Shown piece by piece: positions 38,298 to 47,946 of a stretch of 64,000 nucleotides of DNA. Under the pieces are notes generated by a model, which saw only the letters and a list, made by a program, of their open reading frames with translations, was not told where the DNA came from and searched no databases. Position 1 is the first letter of the stretch, and every line of letters begins with the position of its first letter. This DNA is from Gammaproteobacteria bacterium (lineage in GTDB: Bacteria > Pseudomonadota > Gammaproteobacteria > Steroidobacterales > UBA11654): the NCBI GenBank assembly GCA_002717445.1, contig PBDY01000027.1, positions 32,747 to 96,746 of the forward strand, given 5' to 3'. The position numbers were made by a program, and so were the translations under genes.

Positions 38298-38759
38298 TCA
38301 AACTTAGCAATAAACTTCCCGAGGAATACATTCTTCGGATTCGATTCAATCTTCGACCAAATCGAAAGATTGGAAAATTCAAAACCCAACTTTGGCAGAG
38401 GCCAAGGATATCCACCTTATAACGTAATCAAGAAAGATGATACTCATTATCTTATTGAAATCGCTGTTGCAGGATTCAACAAAGATGACATTTCACTTAC
38501 TCTTGAGAAAGGTGAATTAACTATCGAGGGTGATGCTCATCACGGTGAAGATAAGAGGGATTATACACACAGAGGAATCTCTGCTCGTAAATTCATTCGT
38601 AAATTCACTTTGAGTGAAACTATGGTAGTAGTTGGTGCAGATATAGTTGACGGTCTACTTGTTATCGGATTAGAAAATCAAATTCCGGAAGAAGATAAAC
38701 CAAAGACTATTAAATTAGGTGACCTAGATAAGAGTGCAAAACAACTTTTACTAGGATAA
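38295..38759 (+). CDS. Small heat shock protein (Hsp20/IbpA-like)
   Basis: YPPYNVIK, IEIAVAGF, HRGISARKF, GLLVI. Confidence 0.95.
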   Translation: MSNLAINFPRNTFFGFDSIFDQIERLENSKPNFGRGQGYPPYNVIKKDDTHYLIEIAVAGFNKDDISLTLEKGELTIEGDAHHGEDKRDYTHRGISARKFIRKFTLSETMVVVGADIVDGLLVIGLENQIPEEDKPKTIKLGDLDKSAKQLLLG

Positions 38760-38767
38760 CATTGCTA

Positions 38768-38788
38768 GGGTGGTCGTTATGGCCACCC
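38768..38788 (+). terminator. Stem-loop after hsp20
   Basis: GGGTGGTC-GTTAT-GGCCACCC; weak U-tract. Confidence 0.5.
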
Positions 38789-38804
38789 ACTTTCGGAGTA
38801 CATT

Positions 38805-39080
38805 ATGATTAAAATAATCAAACTATCAAGTGGTGACGAACTCATTACTCAACTAAAAACAACATCAAAGAAAGGGAATGAAGTAGTAAGTCATACTGCA
38901 ACCCACCCATTCATAATCAATCATTTAGATGAAGGCCAGATTGGTTTCGAACCTTACTGTGCATATGCAGTAGAAGGTGAGATTACTATTAGACCTGAAC
39001 ACGTTGTTTGGACAGCAATCCCTGAAACCGGATTGGAAACACAATATAAAGATTTGATAATAAACATTCCAAAAGATTGA
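38805..39080 (+). CDS. Hypothetical protein at the usual pre-gp43 position
   Basis: IKIIKLSSGDELI N-terminus. Confidence 0.65.
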   Translation: MIKIIKLSSGDELITQLKTTSKKGNEVVSHTATHPFIINHLDEGQIGFEPYCAYAVEGEITIRPEHVVWTAIPETGLETQYKDLIINIPKD

Positions 39081-39105
39081 CTTTACACTACGATTAGTGT
39101 ATAAT
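39077..39105 (+). promoter_or_regulatory. Sigma70-type promoter for gp43, leaderless geometry
   Basis: TTGACT-17-TATAAT, ATG 7 nt downstream. Confidence 0.8.
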
Positions 39106-39112
39106 AGTCATT

Positions 39113-41623
39113 ATGGAATTTTATACAAACGTCTACCGTTACGGTAGGAACATTCGATATATTGGTTACAAGAATGGTAAGAGAATTCAAACTCTCGTTC
39201 CATTCAGACCAACCCTGTATCTAGAATCTGACCAACCCAATACCACTTGGAAATCTCTCAAAGGTTTGAATGTCGAACCACTAGTGTTCTCTGATATGGC
39301 AGAGGGTACTCAGTTCGTTAGGAAGTATCAAGATGTAGAAGGATTTGACATATACGGTCAAACCAATTTCGCAGTCCAATATATGTATGACAAATTCCCA
39401 GGAAAGATTAAGTGGGATAGAGAAGTCATCAATGTAACCTCAATCGATATTGAAACTAAGTTTGAGGACGGATTCCCCCACCCAGAAGATGCAGACCAAG
39501 AAGTAACTGCGATTACTTGTAAGAGTAATACGGACGATACTTTCCATGTGTTTGGTTGTGGCGAATACACTCCCAGTAAACCAAATGTGAAGTACGTACA
39601 ATGTATGGACGAACGAGAGTTATTGTCTCGATATGTTATGCATATGCAAGGTGTTGATATTATCACAGGGTGGAATGTTAAAGAATTTGATATACCATAT
39701 CTCGTCGTTAGGATAGAAAAGATATGTGGTAAAGAAGTTATGAAGAAACTCTCACCGTGGGGTGATGTCAAAGATGATACACCAAAGTTCGGTGATAAGT
39801 TCTACAAACCAAAATTGCAGTTCAAGTTGGGTGGTATTACAATCTTGGACTATATGGAGTTATTCAAGAAGTTCACTTACAACACGATTGGTACACAAGA
39901 GTCATATAGACTAGACCATATTGCAAATGTAGTGTTGGGTGATTCTAAGTTATCGTTTGATGAATACAGTAACTTGAATGAGTTATATGAGAAAGACTAT
40001 CAGAAGTTCATTGACTATAACATTAAAGATGTGGACATTGTAGATAGACTCGACGATAAACTCGACCTTATCTCTCTCGCCCTCACTATGGCATATAACT
40101 CTGGTGCAAACTATATTGATGTGTTAGGTACAGTATCGATTTGGGATACAATCATATATCGTGATTTAGCACAAAGAAAGATTACAATCCCACCAAAGGT
40201 AGAGAATATACACGGTAAATTCGCTGGTGGATATGTGAAAGAACCACAAGTGGGTAAACACGATTGGGTATGTTCGTTCGACTTGGCTTCCCTATATCCG
40301 TCAATCATTATGCAATATAATATGAGTCCGGAAACTTTACACCCATTCTCTATTAAAGATGTTAATGTTTATAATGTGATGCACGACAAAGTTCAGAATG
40401 AAAAAGATGATGTATCTCTTGCAGTTAATGGTTCTCAATACTATACGAAAAAGGAAGGATTGATGCCTAGACTGATTCAAGATATGTATAATGGTCGTGT
40501 CGGTATGAAGAACCGAATGATTAATGCACAAAAAGAATTAGAAACGATAGACCCTCACAACAAACAGGAAATGTATCGAGTGGAAAGAGATATACAGATT
40601 GCGAAGAACCAACAGATGGCAATCAAGATTCTTCTTAACTCATTGTATGGTGCAATGGGTAATCGTTGGTTTAGATATTATGATAGACGAATCGCAGAAG
40701 CAGTTACTCTCACAGGACAGTTAACTATCCAATGGGCAGAGAAAGCCATTAACAAGTATATGAATGACTTAATGAATACTCACAACCTCAGATTTGATGG
40801 TTCGAGAGAAGATTATGTTGTTGCGATTGATACTGATTCGGTCTATGTCAAATTAGGTTCGTTAGTTGATAAGTTCAAACCTAAGAATCCAGTACAGTTC
40901 TTGGACAAGATATGTAAGGAACAGTTGGAAAAGGTTCTTGAAGATTGTTATGATGAACTATTCAAAATGCTTGGTGGTCGTGAGAACAAAATGATTATGG
41001 AACGAGAAGTGATTGCAGATAGAGGTATATGGACTGCAAAGAAACGATACATTCTCAATGTGCATAACAACGAGGGAGTTCAGTATAAAGAACCACAACT
41101 TAAGGTTATGGGAATCGAATCAGTTAAGTCCTCAACTCCACAGATAGTTCGAGATGCGTTAAAGGAAATCTTTAAGAGTATTGTGAGTAAGGAAGAATCT
41201 GATGTTCAGAAAGAGATTGCTCAATTCAGAGAGTACTTCTGCAAAGCAAATCCGGAAGATGTTGCATTTCCAAGAGGAGTTAATGGTATAGCGAAATGGA
41301 AACACGACGGTGAGGGAATCTATAAGAAGGGAACACCAATCCATGTTCGAGGTGCAATACTCCATAACCATTACACGGATAAGACTAAAGTTGCTACTAT
41401 CGAATCTGGCGATAAGATTAAATTCACATATCTGAAAACACCCAATCCGATACAGTCAAACATCATTTCGTTTGTTGATTATCTTCCACAGGAATTAGGA
41501 CTTCACGATTATGTTGATTACGAAACACAATTCGAGAAGACATTCATAAGTGCAATTCAACCAATCCTCAAGTCAATCGGGTGGAGAGTGGAACACACAG
41601 TATCCTTAGAGGACTTCTTTTAA
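39113..41623 (+). CDS. gp43: Family B DNA polymerase
   Basis: DIET exonuclease motif, FDLASLYPSII, KILLNSLYG, DTDS, KKRY. Confidence 0.98.
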   Translation: MEFYTNVYRYGRNIRYIGYKNGKRIQTLVPFRPTLYLESDQPNTTWKSLKGLNVEPLVFSDMAEGTQFVRKYQDVEGFDIYGQTNFAVQYMYDKFPGKIKWDREVINVTSIDIETKFEDGFPHPEDADQEVTAITCKSNTDDTFHVFGCGEYTPSKPNVKYVQCMDERELLSRYVMHMQGVDIITGWNVKEFDIPYLVVRIEKICGKEVMKKLSPWGDVKDDTPKFGDKFYKPKLQFKLGGITILDYMELFKKFTYNTIGTQESYRLDHIANVVLGDSKLSFDEYSNLNELYEKDYQKFIDYNIKDVDIVDRLDDKLDLISLALTMAYNSGANYIDVLGTVSIWDTIIYRDLAQRKITIPPKVENIHGKFAGGYVKEPQVGKHDWVCSFDLASLYPSIIMQYNMSPETLHPFSIKDVNVYNVMHDKVQNEKDDVSLAVNGSQYYTKKEGLMPRLIQDMYNGRVGMKNRMINAQKELETIDPHNKQEMYRVERDIQIAKNQQMAIKILLNSLYGAMGNRWFRYYDRRIAEAVTLTGQLTIQWAEKAINKYMNDLMNTHNLRFDGSREDYVVAIDTDSVYVKLGSLVDKFKPKNPVQFLDKICKEQLEKVLEDCYDELFKMLGGRENKMIMEREVIADRGIWTAKKRYILNVHNNEGVQYKEPQLKVMGIESVKSSTPQIVRDALKEIFKSIVSKEESDVQKEIAQFREYFCKANPEDVAFPRGVNGIAKWKHDGEGIYKKGTPIHVRGAILHNHYTDKTKVATIESGDKIKFTYLKTPNPIQSNIISFVDYLPQELGLHDYVDYETQFEKTFISAIQPILKSIGWRVEHTVSLEDFF

Positions 41624-41624
41624 C

Positions 41625-41653
41625 TTGACTTTTGACCCCAATTAGTGTATAAT
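41625..41653 (+). promoter_or_regulatory. Sigma70-type promoter, leaderless geometry
   Basis: TTGACT-17-TATAAT, ATG 8 nt downstream. Confidence 0.75.
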
Positions 41654-41661
41654 ACAGGGTA

Positions 41662-42585
41662 ATGATTACAGTTACAATCTTTAAAAACTTATTTGATACT
41701 AAGACCAATAACAAGGTCGAGTTGAATGATGATAGATTCGAATCGTTCTTATATAAGATGTTTGATAGACAATATGAGGTCAAACAAGATGCGAGTCTAA
41801 TGTCACCAGCAATGTATACGGCGGGAACTACACGGAAGAACGCAAGTGTAGTTAAGTGGTCTAAGTGGGCCGCTGTGGATATAGATGATTACGAAGTTAA
41901 GAAGTCTGTCGAAGAAGATATGAAAGACTTGTTCGGACAATATCGGTATATCTGTTATTCTACTGCCAGTTCAAGTAAGGATAAACCAAAGTTTAGAATG
42001 GTGTTTCCATTATCTGAGGAAGTTGAGAAGGATAAGATTAAACACTTTTGGTTTGCTCTTAGTAAAGAACTAGGTGATTTAGGAGACCCACAAACTAAGG
42101 ACTTGAGTCGTATGTATTATGTTCCCGGCAATTATAGGGGTTCATATAACTTCATATTCAGTAACGAAGGTAAGTTAGTTCAACCGTCGGAGTTAATGAA
42201 GAAATACGAATATATAGATAAAACTGGGAATTCATTTTTAGACACATTACCAAATGCAATTAAGGAACAGATACTTGCATATCGTAAGAGTGAAATGACT
42301 AACACAGATATTAGATGGAATGGTTATCAAGACTGTCCATTTGTATCGAAGAAGTTAGTAAGGGAGTATTCGCAAATAACAGACACAGGTTGGTATTATA
42401 AGATGTATGGGATAATGGTTTCCATAGCAGGTCATGCCATCAAAGTTAAATATCCAATCACAGCAATTGAAATCGCTGACTTATGTAAACAGATAGATGA
42501 TGCAAACGGTGGTTGGTATAAGAATCGTCCTCTTAAGAAAGAGGCCGATAGAGCAATAGAGTACATATATGGACAGGATTTTTAA
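41662..42585 (+). CDS. AEP-superfamily primase/polymerase-like protein
   Basis: AVDIDD, YSTASS...PKFRMVFPL, DLSRMYYVP. Confidence 0.6.
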   Translation: MITVTIFKNLFDTKTNNKVELNDDRFESFLYKMFDRQYEVKQDASLMSPAMYTAGTTRKNASVVKWSKWAAVDIDDYEVKKSVEEDMKDLFGQYRYICYSTASSSKDKPKFRMVFPLSEEVEKDKIKHFWFALSKELGDLGDPQTKDLSRMYYVPGNYRGSYNFIFSNEGKLVQPSELMKKYEYIDKTGNSFLDTLPNAIKEQILAYRKSEMTNTDIRWNGYQDCPFVSKKLVREYSQITDTGWYYKMYGIMVSIAGHAIKVKYPITAIEIADLCKQIDDANGGWYKNRPLKKEADRAIEYIYGQDF

Positions 42586-42596
42586 AGGGAGTTGAA

Positions 42597-43031
42597 ATGT
42601 TAAAAGAAAAGATAAAAGGATTCATAATAGGATTCATAGGATTTGGTATCGTTGGAGTAGCAATCGCTGGTAGTGGTGCAACAGTAACAGACCATTATAG
42701 AGATGTGGTATACTTAGAACCATATACGGTTGAAGTATGTGAACAACAGAAGATAACTAATCCAGATGACCTTATCAATAGTGCATTTTGGGGAGCAATC
42801 TTCGGTGCAGTTGTTGGTGATGCAATAGATGATGAAAACGGTAAAGCTCCTGGAGCAATTATCGGTGCAGCTATTGGTGCAAATGAAGCCGAGAAGAATA
42901 GTACTACCACAGCAATGGTATGCAAACAAGAAACACGTCAAAACAGAGTTGTTCGTACAGAGTATAGTCATTCTGTTATTGAGTTTGAATACGAAGGTAA
43001 TCATTATGAAATAAATTTCACTAAAAGATAG
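42597..43031 (+). CDS. Glycine-zipper envelope protein
   Basis: N-terminal hydrophobic helix; GAIFGAVVG...GAIIGAAIG repeats. Confidence 0.65.
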   Translation: MLKEKIKGFIIGFIGFGIVGVAIAGSGATVTDHYRDVVYLEPYTVEVCEQQKITNPDDLINSAFWGAIFGAVVGDAIDDENGKAPGAIIGAAIGANEAEKNSTTTAMVCKQETRQNRVVRTEYSHSVIEFEYEGNHYEINFTKR

Positions 43032-43039
43032 GAGTTATT

Positions 43040-43291
43040 ATGACAGGTGAGAAAATCGATTTCACTAAGGATAGTGAATATATAAGACTGTATGGACACC
43101 CTAAAAGTGTTCATATTGAAATTCTTGAAAAGGAAGTAGAACATTTGAAAACTCTACTCCGAGAACATGCGACAGGACATATACACACAGCAATTGGTGT
43201 ATTGGAAACACGCATTAAAGAAGAACGAGATAAATTGAATTTAGAAAACGCTACCAATAACTGGGGCCATTTTTTCTCTGGTGGGGGTTAG
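43040..43291 (+). CDS. Hypothetical protein
   Basis: ORF with AGGAG RBS; TGHIHTAIGVLE motif. Confidence 0.6.
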   Translation: MTGEKIDFTKDSEYIRLYGHPKSVHIEILEKEVEHLKTLLREHATGHIHTAIGVLETRIKEERDKLNLENATNNWGHFFSGGG

Positions 43292-43292
43292 T

Positions 43293-44318
43293 ATGGGTAT
43301 AATGGATAAGTTACAAAAGAATAGTAAGATTAAACAGACAGCAGTCTTGGATAAATCTAAACTATTTACTGAAAAGAGTATGGTTACTACTCCAGTACCT
43401 ATGATTAATGTTGCGTTAAGTGGTGACCCCGACGGTGGATTAAGTTCGGGAATGACCGTACTTGCAGGCCCGTCAAAACATTTTAAGACATCATTTGGAT
43501 TATTGATGGCAGCTGCATATCTAGACAAACACGAAGATGCAGTTCTCTTATTCTATGATAGTGAATTTGGTTCACCCCAAAACTATTTCAAATCATTTGG
43601 TATTGATACTAAGAGAGTATTACATACCCCAATTACTAATGTTGAAGAACTTAAGTTTGACTTAATCAGTCAACTGGAAAATATGGAACGAGAAGATAAA
43701 GTCATTATTATGATTGACTCTATCGGTAATATCGCATCAAAGAAAGAACTAGACGATACTATGAACGAGAAGTCTGTTGCAGATATGAGTCGTGCGAAAG
43801 CATTAAAATCCTTATTCCGAATGAGTACACCTTACTTGACTCTTAAGGATATTCCGTTACTTGCAGTTAATCATACCTACCAAGAGATTGGTATGTTCCC
43901 TAAGGCAGTCGTGTCTGGTGGTACTGGTATCTATTATACTGCTGATAACATTTGGATTATCGGTAGACAACAAGATAAGAAAGGTACTGACATTGTAGGA
44001 TATAACTTTGTAATCAATGTTGAGAAGTCTAGGTTTGTCAAAGAGAAATCAAAATTACCTATCTCAGTTACTTGGGAAGGTGGTATCGAATCTCATTCCG
44101 GATTACTTGACGTTGCACTCGAAGGTGGATTCGTTAATAAACCAACAATCGGTTGGTATTCAAGAGTCGATACGGATACTGGTGAGATAGAGGACAAGAA
44201 GGTTAGGATTGCTGAAACTCTTAAAGAAGAATTTTGGAAACCTATCTTCGAGAATACAAACTTCAAAAAGTATCTCAAGGCAAAGTTCCAAATAGGTCAT
44301 ATCGATATGATTCAATAA
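43293..44318 (+). CDS. uvsX: RecA-like recombinase UvsX
   Basis: AGPSKHFKT, FYDSEFG, DSIGN, VSGGTG. Confidence 0.96.
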   Translation: MGIMDKLQKNSKIKQTAVLDKSKLFTEKSMVTTPVPMINVALSGDPDGGLSSGMTVLAGPSKHFKTSFGLLMAAAYLDKHEDAVLLFYDSEFGSPQNYFKSFGIDTKRVLHTPITNVEELKFDLISQLENMEREDKVIIMIDSIGNIASKKELDDTMNEKSVADMSRAKALKSLFRMSTPYLTLKDIPLLAVNHTYQEIGMFPKAVVSGGTGIYYTADNIWIIGRQQDKKGTDIVGYNFVINVEKSRFVKEKSKLPISVTWEGGIESHSGLLDVALEGGFVNKPTIGWYSRVDTDTGEIEDKKVRIAETLKEEFWKPIFENTNFKKYLKAKFQIGHIDMIQ

Positions 44319-44319
44319 C

Positions 44320-44348
44320 TTGCCTTTTTAGTCTGAATAGGGTATAAT
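44320..44348 (+). promoter_or_regulatory. Sigma70-type promoter for gp41, leaderless geometry
   Basis: TTGCCT-17-TATAAT, ATG 7 nt downstream. Confidence 0.75.
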
Positions 44349-44355
44349 AGTTATT

Positions 44356-45711
44356 ATGCAAATCGAAACAATCATACTTCGTCATTTAATTCAAGACGAA
44401 ACTTTTATGAGGAAAACCATTCCTCATCTCGAACACAGATATTTCGAAGGCCCCCACGCACACGTCTTTAAGGGGATAGTGGACTTTGTTAATAAGTACG
44501 AGGAAATACCAGAACCTACTGCATTGGGAATTGAAATGCAGAGGAGTGCGAAACTTCCCAAAGAAGAAACTGCACAGACCTTTGATATCATATCTGAATT
44601 GAATGATAAGGTTAAAGATGTAAATGATTCTTGGTTACTTCAAAAGACAGAACAATGGTGTCAAGATAGGTCTATCTTTCTGGCAATTATGGAGTCGATT
44701 AATATTATCGACGGTAAGCATAAAGATTTAACGAAGAACGCCCTTCCCGACTTACTTCAAAATGCACTTCAAGTAAATTTCGATACTAATGTCGGACACG
44801 ATTATATCAACGACTCAGATGGACGATACGATTTCTATCATAAAAAGGAAGAACATCTCGAATTAGACTTAGAAATGATGAATCGGATAACCAAAGGAGG
44901 ATTCGTTAACAAATCTCTCAATATTGCAATGGCAGGTACTGGAGTTGGTAAGTCATTGTTTATGTGTCATTGTGCTGCTTCAGTATTATCAAGTGGTAAG
45001 AATGTATTGTATATCTCAATGGAAATGTCAGAAGAAAGGGTTGCAGAAAGAATTGATGCAAACCTAATGAATGTACCATTAGATGAACTCAAGAATCTCT
45101 CTAAGGATATGTTTGATAATAAGGTAAAACATATTGCAGACAAGGGAGTGGGTAAATTAATTATAAAAGAATATCCAACAGGTGCGGCTCACGTAGGTCA
45201 TTTCCGTTCCCTGTTGACAGAACTAAAAATGAAAAGGGATTTCGTTCCCAATTTGATTTGCATTGACTATATTAATATATGTGCATCATCTCGTATGAAA
45301 GATATGGGAAGTACATACACATATGTCAAGGCAATCGCAGAAGAATTGCGTGGTATGGCAGTAGAACAAAATGTTCCAATACTGTCCGCCACACAAACAA
45401 CACGGGGTGGTTATGACAATAGTGATGTTGGACTGACCGATACATCTGAATCATTTGGATTACCTGCAACTGCAGACTTAATGTTTGCAATTATATCTAC
45501 TGAAGAACTTGAGAATCTTAATCAGATTATGATAAAGCAACTGAAGAATAGGTATAACGACCCAACAGGTAAGACGAGAAGATTTGTCTTAGGAATCGAC
45601 AGGGCGAAGATGAGATTGTATGATGTAGAGGATTCAGCACAACAAGGATTTATAGATACTGACCAAGTTAAAGCTAGCGTAGTTGATGATTATGAAGGAT
45701 TTAAATTATGA
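44356..45711 (+). CDS. gp41: Replicative helicase
   Basis: AGTGVGKS, IKEYPT, IDYINIC, SESFGLPATAD, KQLKNRY. Confidence 0.96.
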   Translation: MQIETIILRHLIQDETFMRKTIPHLEHRYFEGPHAHVFKGIVDFVNKYEEIPEPTALGIEMQRSAKLPKEETAQTFDIISELNDKVKDVNDSWLLQKTEQWCQDRSIFLAIMESINIIDGKHKDLTKNALPDLLQNALQVNFDTNVGHDYINDSDGRYDFYHKKEEHLELDLEMMNRITKGGFVNKSLNIAMAGTGVGKSLFMCHCAASVLSSGKNVLYISMEMSEERVAERIDANLMNVPLDELKNLSKDMFDNKVKHIADKGVGKLIIKEYPTGAAHVGHFRSLLTELKMKRDFVPNLICIDYINICASSRMKDMGSTYTYVKAIAEELRGMAVEQNVPILSATQTTRGGYDNSDVGLTDTSESFGLPATADLMFAIISTEELENLNQIMIKQLKNRYNDPTGKTRRFVLGIDRAKMRLYDVEDSAQQGFIDTDQVKASVVDDYEGFKL

Positions 45712-46730
45712 ATAAGATATTCAATTGCGATATTATGGAAGGCTTTAAACAACTTGACTCCCAGTCAGTTGATTGTGTTATAACTTCCCCACCTTATTGG
45801 CAATTAAGAAACTATGGATTTGACGGACAATGGGGGTTAGAACCAACATTCGAAGAATACTTAGAAAACTTATGGAAAATGATGGACGAAATCAATCGTG
45901 TCTTGAAAGATACTGGAACTGTCTGGATTAACCTTGGTGATACTTACTCAACTAAATCCGGTGGATTTGCTCAAGAGGCCTCAAAGAGAACTCCAAGTAT
46001 GACTCAAAAATACTTAGACCATATAGGAACAATCCAACAACCAAGTAATCTACCTACGAAATCACTATTGTTAATTCCACATAGATTTGCAATAGGGTGT
46101 TTTGATAGAGGTTGGACTATACGTAACGATATCATATGGGCAAAAACTTCTGCAATGCCAGAATCCGTATTAGATAGATTCTCTAAAAAACACGAATACA
46201 TTTTCTTTATGACAAAGAAACCAAAAGGATATTACTTTGATTTAGATTCCGTAAGGGAAGAACATATGCAATCCACACTTAAAAGAGAAATGCGTGGAAG
46301 GAATACTGGTAAATATACTGGTGGCGCTGGTGGACAATCCGAACAAGGATTGATTAAAGAAAGAGAACACAAAGGATATGAGAATATGAAGGATATATAT
46401 GAATCCGGAGAAACTACCCTCAATCCTAAAGGAAAGAATCCAGGTGATGTTGCAGATTTCTGGAAGATAGGTACTGCAATGTCTAAGACAGAACATGTTG
46501 CATCATATAACCCAGCATTGATTGATAAACCAATTCTCGCTGGTTGTCCTAGAGGTGGAGTGGTATTAGACCCATTCTCTGGTACAGGTACAACATTGGT
46601 TCGTGCCTCTCAGTTAGGTAGACAGTATATCGGATTTGAGGCATCAGAACAGTTCTTTAAGATTACTGAGGAATCTGTTAATCAAGAAGAAGAACGTAAA
46701 TCACAACCAACAATTGAGGACTTTATATAA
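45708..46730 (+). CDS. DNA methyltransferase (beta class, SPPY; N4-cytosine or N6-adenine)
   Basis: TSPPYW, WINLGD, DPFSGTGTT. Confidence 0.9.
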   Translation: MNKIFNCDIMEGFKQLDSQSVDCVITSPPYWQLRNYGFDGQWGLEPTFEEYLENLWKMMDEINRVLKDTGTVWINLGDTYSTKSGGFAQEASKRTPSMTQKYLDHIGTIQQPSNLPTKSLLLIPHRFAIGCFDRGWTIRNDIIWAKTSAMPESVLDRFSKKHEYIFFMTKKPKGYYFDLDSVREEHMQSTLKREMRGRNTGKYTGGAGGQSEQGLIKEREHKGYENMKDIYESGETTLNPKGKNPGDVADFWKIGTAMSKTEHVASYNPALIDKPILAGCPRGGVVLDPFSGTGTTLVRASQLGRQYIGFEASEQFFKITEESVNQEEERKSQPTIEDFI

Positions 46731-47008
46731 TGTGGAAGAAGATTGAAATCCAGAAAATCACCCCAAGATTTGATTTATCGTGGTACATAAAATGGTTGTC
46801 ATCATTCGCACTACTTGTTAGTATGGTAATGACAGCGAACTTTGATATGCACCCATATAATCTTATGTGGGCTGGTGCTGGTACTTTTGGTTGGTTTATT
46901 GTGGGTATGATGTGGAATGACAGAGCACTCATATTCATTAACTCGATTGCAACTGGTATATACGGTTATGCAATTTTAATGTGGGGTCTTAAACTATACT
47001 TTACATAA
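46730..47008 (+). CDS. Small multi-TM membrane protein
   Basis: WYIKW...HPYNL...GWFIVGMMWNDRALI; three hydrophobic segments. Confidence 0.65.
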   Translation: MWKKIEIQKITPRFDLSWYIKWLSSFALLVSMVMTANFDMHPYNLMWAGAGTFGWFIVGMMWNDRALIFINSIATGIYGYAILMWGLKLYFT

Positions 47009-47093
47009 ATAAGTATATGAAAAGGGAAGAAAAAGAACCTAAATTGAAACCAGTGAAAACGAAGAAGAAGAAGAAAACCGAACCAAGGCCGCT

Positions 47094-47264
47094 ATGGCAC
47101 AAGGATTGGGCGAAGTGAATGATGAAGATATTAAGGAATTTATCGAGTACTTTAAAGATGAATTACCAGACCCCGACCACCACCCTTTAAAGGTGATATG
47201 GTTGATGAAATGGTACCAATCGATTGTAATGAGGAATAGAAATGATAATAACAATAGACACTAA
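47094..47264 (+). CDS. Small hypothetical protein (56 aa)
   Basis: MAQGLGEVNDEDIKEFIEYFKDELPDPDHHP...; below the ORF-track size cutoff. Confidence 0.4.
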   Translation: MAQGLGEVNDEDIKEFIEYFKDELPDPDHHPLKVIWLMKWYQSIVMRNRNDNNNRH

Positions 47265-47412
47265 AGAGTTACTACCTACATTGTTTGCAATCTTGATATT
47301 TCCATTTATAATCGGTGGTCTGATAATATTTTATATATGTATAGGAGTTGTATGGTTAGTAATGGAAGTGAAAGACCTTTTGTTTCGTGGTCATTTGTCG
47401 AAAGAGATTTAG
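47242..47412 (+). CDS. Small membrane protein (56 aa)
   Basis: GAGGA RBS; MIITIDTKELLPTLFAILIFPFIIGGLIIF... Confidence 0.4.
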   Translation: MIITIDTKELLPTLFAILIFPFIIGGLIIFYICIGVVWLVMEVKDLLFRGHLSKEI

Positions 47413-47669
47413 ACCAAGACCAATGGTATATCCGACTTGACGGTGGGAAGTATAGCGGTGTGGTATTCAATTACACATCAATCAAATTGTTACCAGAAGA
47501 TGAATCAATGTCTTTTGACTATGATGTCAAAGATTGGCTTGAGGAAGACCCACACGGAACACCAGAATTCAATAAAGTGGTAGGTAACATATTAAAACAC
47601 GTCTTAGATGATGCAATGGACAAACAGGATTTTGTACTAGGTGAAAGAGATATTAACGATTCTAAGTGA
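47337..47669 (+). CDS. Hypothetical protein
   Basis: GKYSGVVFNY...MSFDYDV; coupled to the next ORF. Confidence 0.6.
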   Translation: MYRSCMVSNGSERPFVSWSFVERDLDQDQWYIRLDGGKYSGVVFNYTSIKLLPEDESMSFDYDVKDWLEEDPHGTPEFNKVVGNILKHVLDDAMDKQDFVLGERDINDSK

Positions 47670-47907
47670 AGAATGTGCTGAAGTAATTCAATGTTCTGCT
47701 AAACTGCAACGGTTTGGTGTGAATGATGAAAGAAATCAGAAGAAATTAGAATCTGAAGTAGGTGATGTCATGGCGATGATACTCATTCTACATTACTACG
47801 GCGTAGTTTCTGATGTCGGTATCAAGAAACAAATCAAACGCAAACTACGAAAACTCAAGAGATTTTCCGAAATTGAGTGCATTGATGAGGTTCTGAAAGA
47901 ATTATAA
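47641..47907 (+). CDS. MazG-like NTP pyrophosphohydrolase
   Basis: EECAE...RFG...ESEVGD acidic helical motifs. Confidence 0.7.
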   Translation: MKEILTILSEECAEVIQCSAKLQRFGVNDERNQKKLESEVGDVMAMILILHYYGVVSDVGIKKQIKRKLRKLKRFSEIECIDEVLKEL

Positions 47908-47908
47908 T

Positions 47909-47916
47909 TATAAATA
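47909..47916 (+). promoter_or_regulatory. Late promoter TATAAATA
   Basis: Exact intergenic motif heading the 47947-54750 gene run. Confidence 0.75.
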
Positions 47917-47946
47917 CTATTAGTCTTATAATACTTTTAATTCTTT

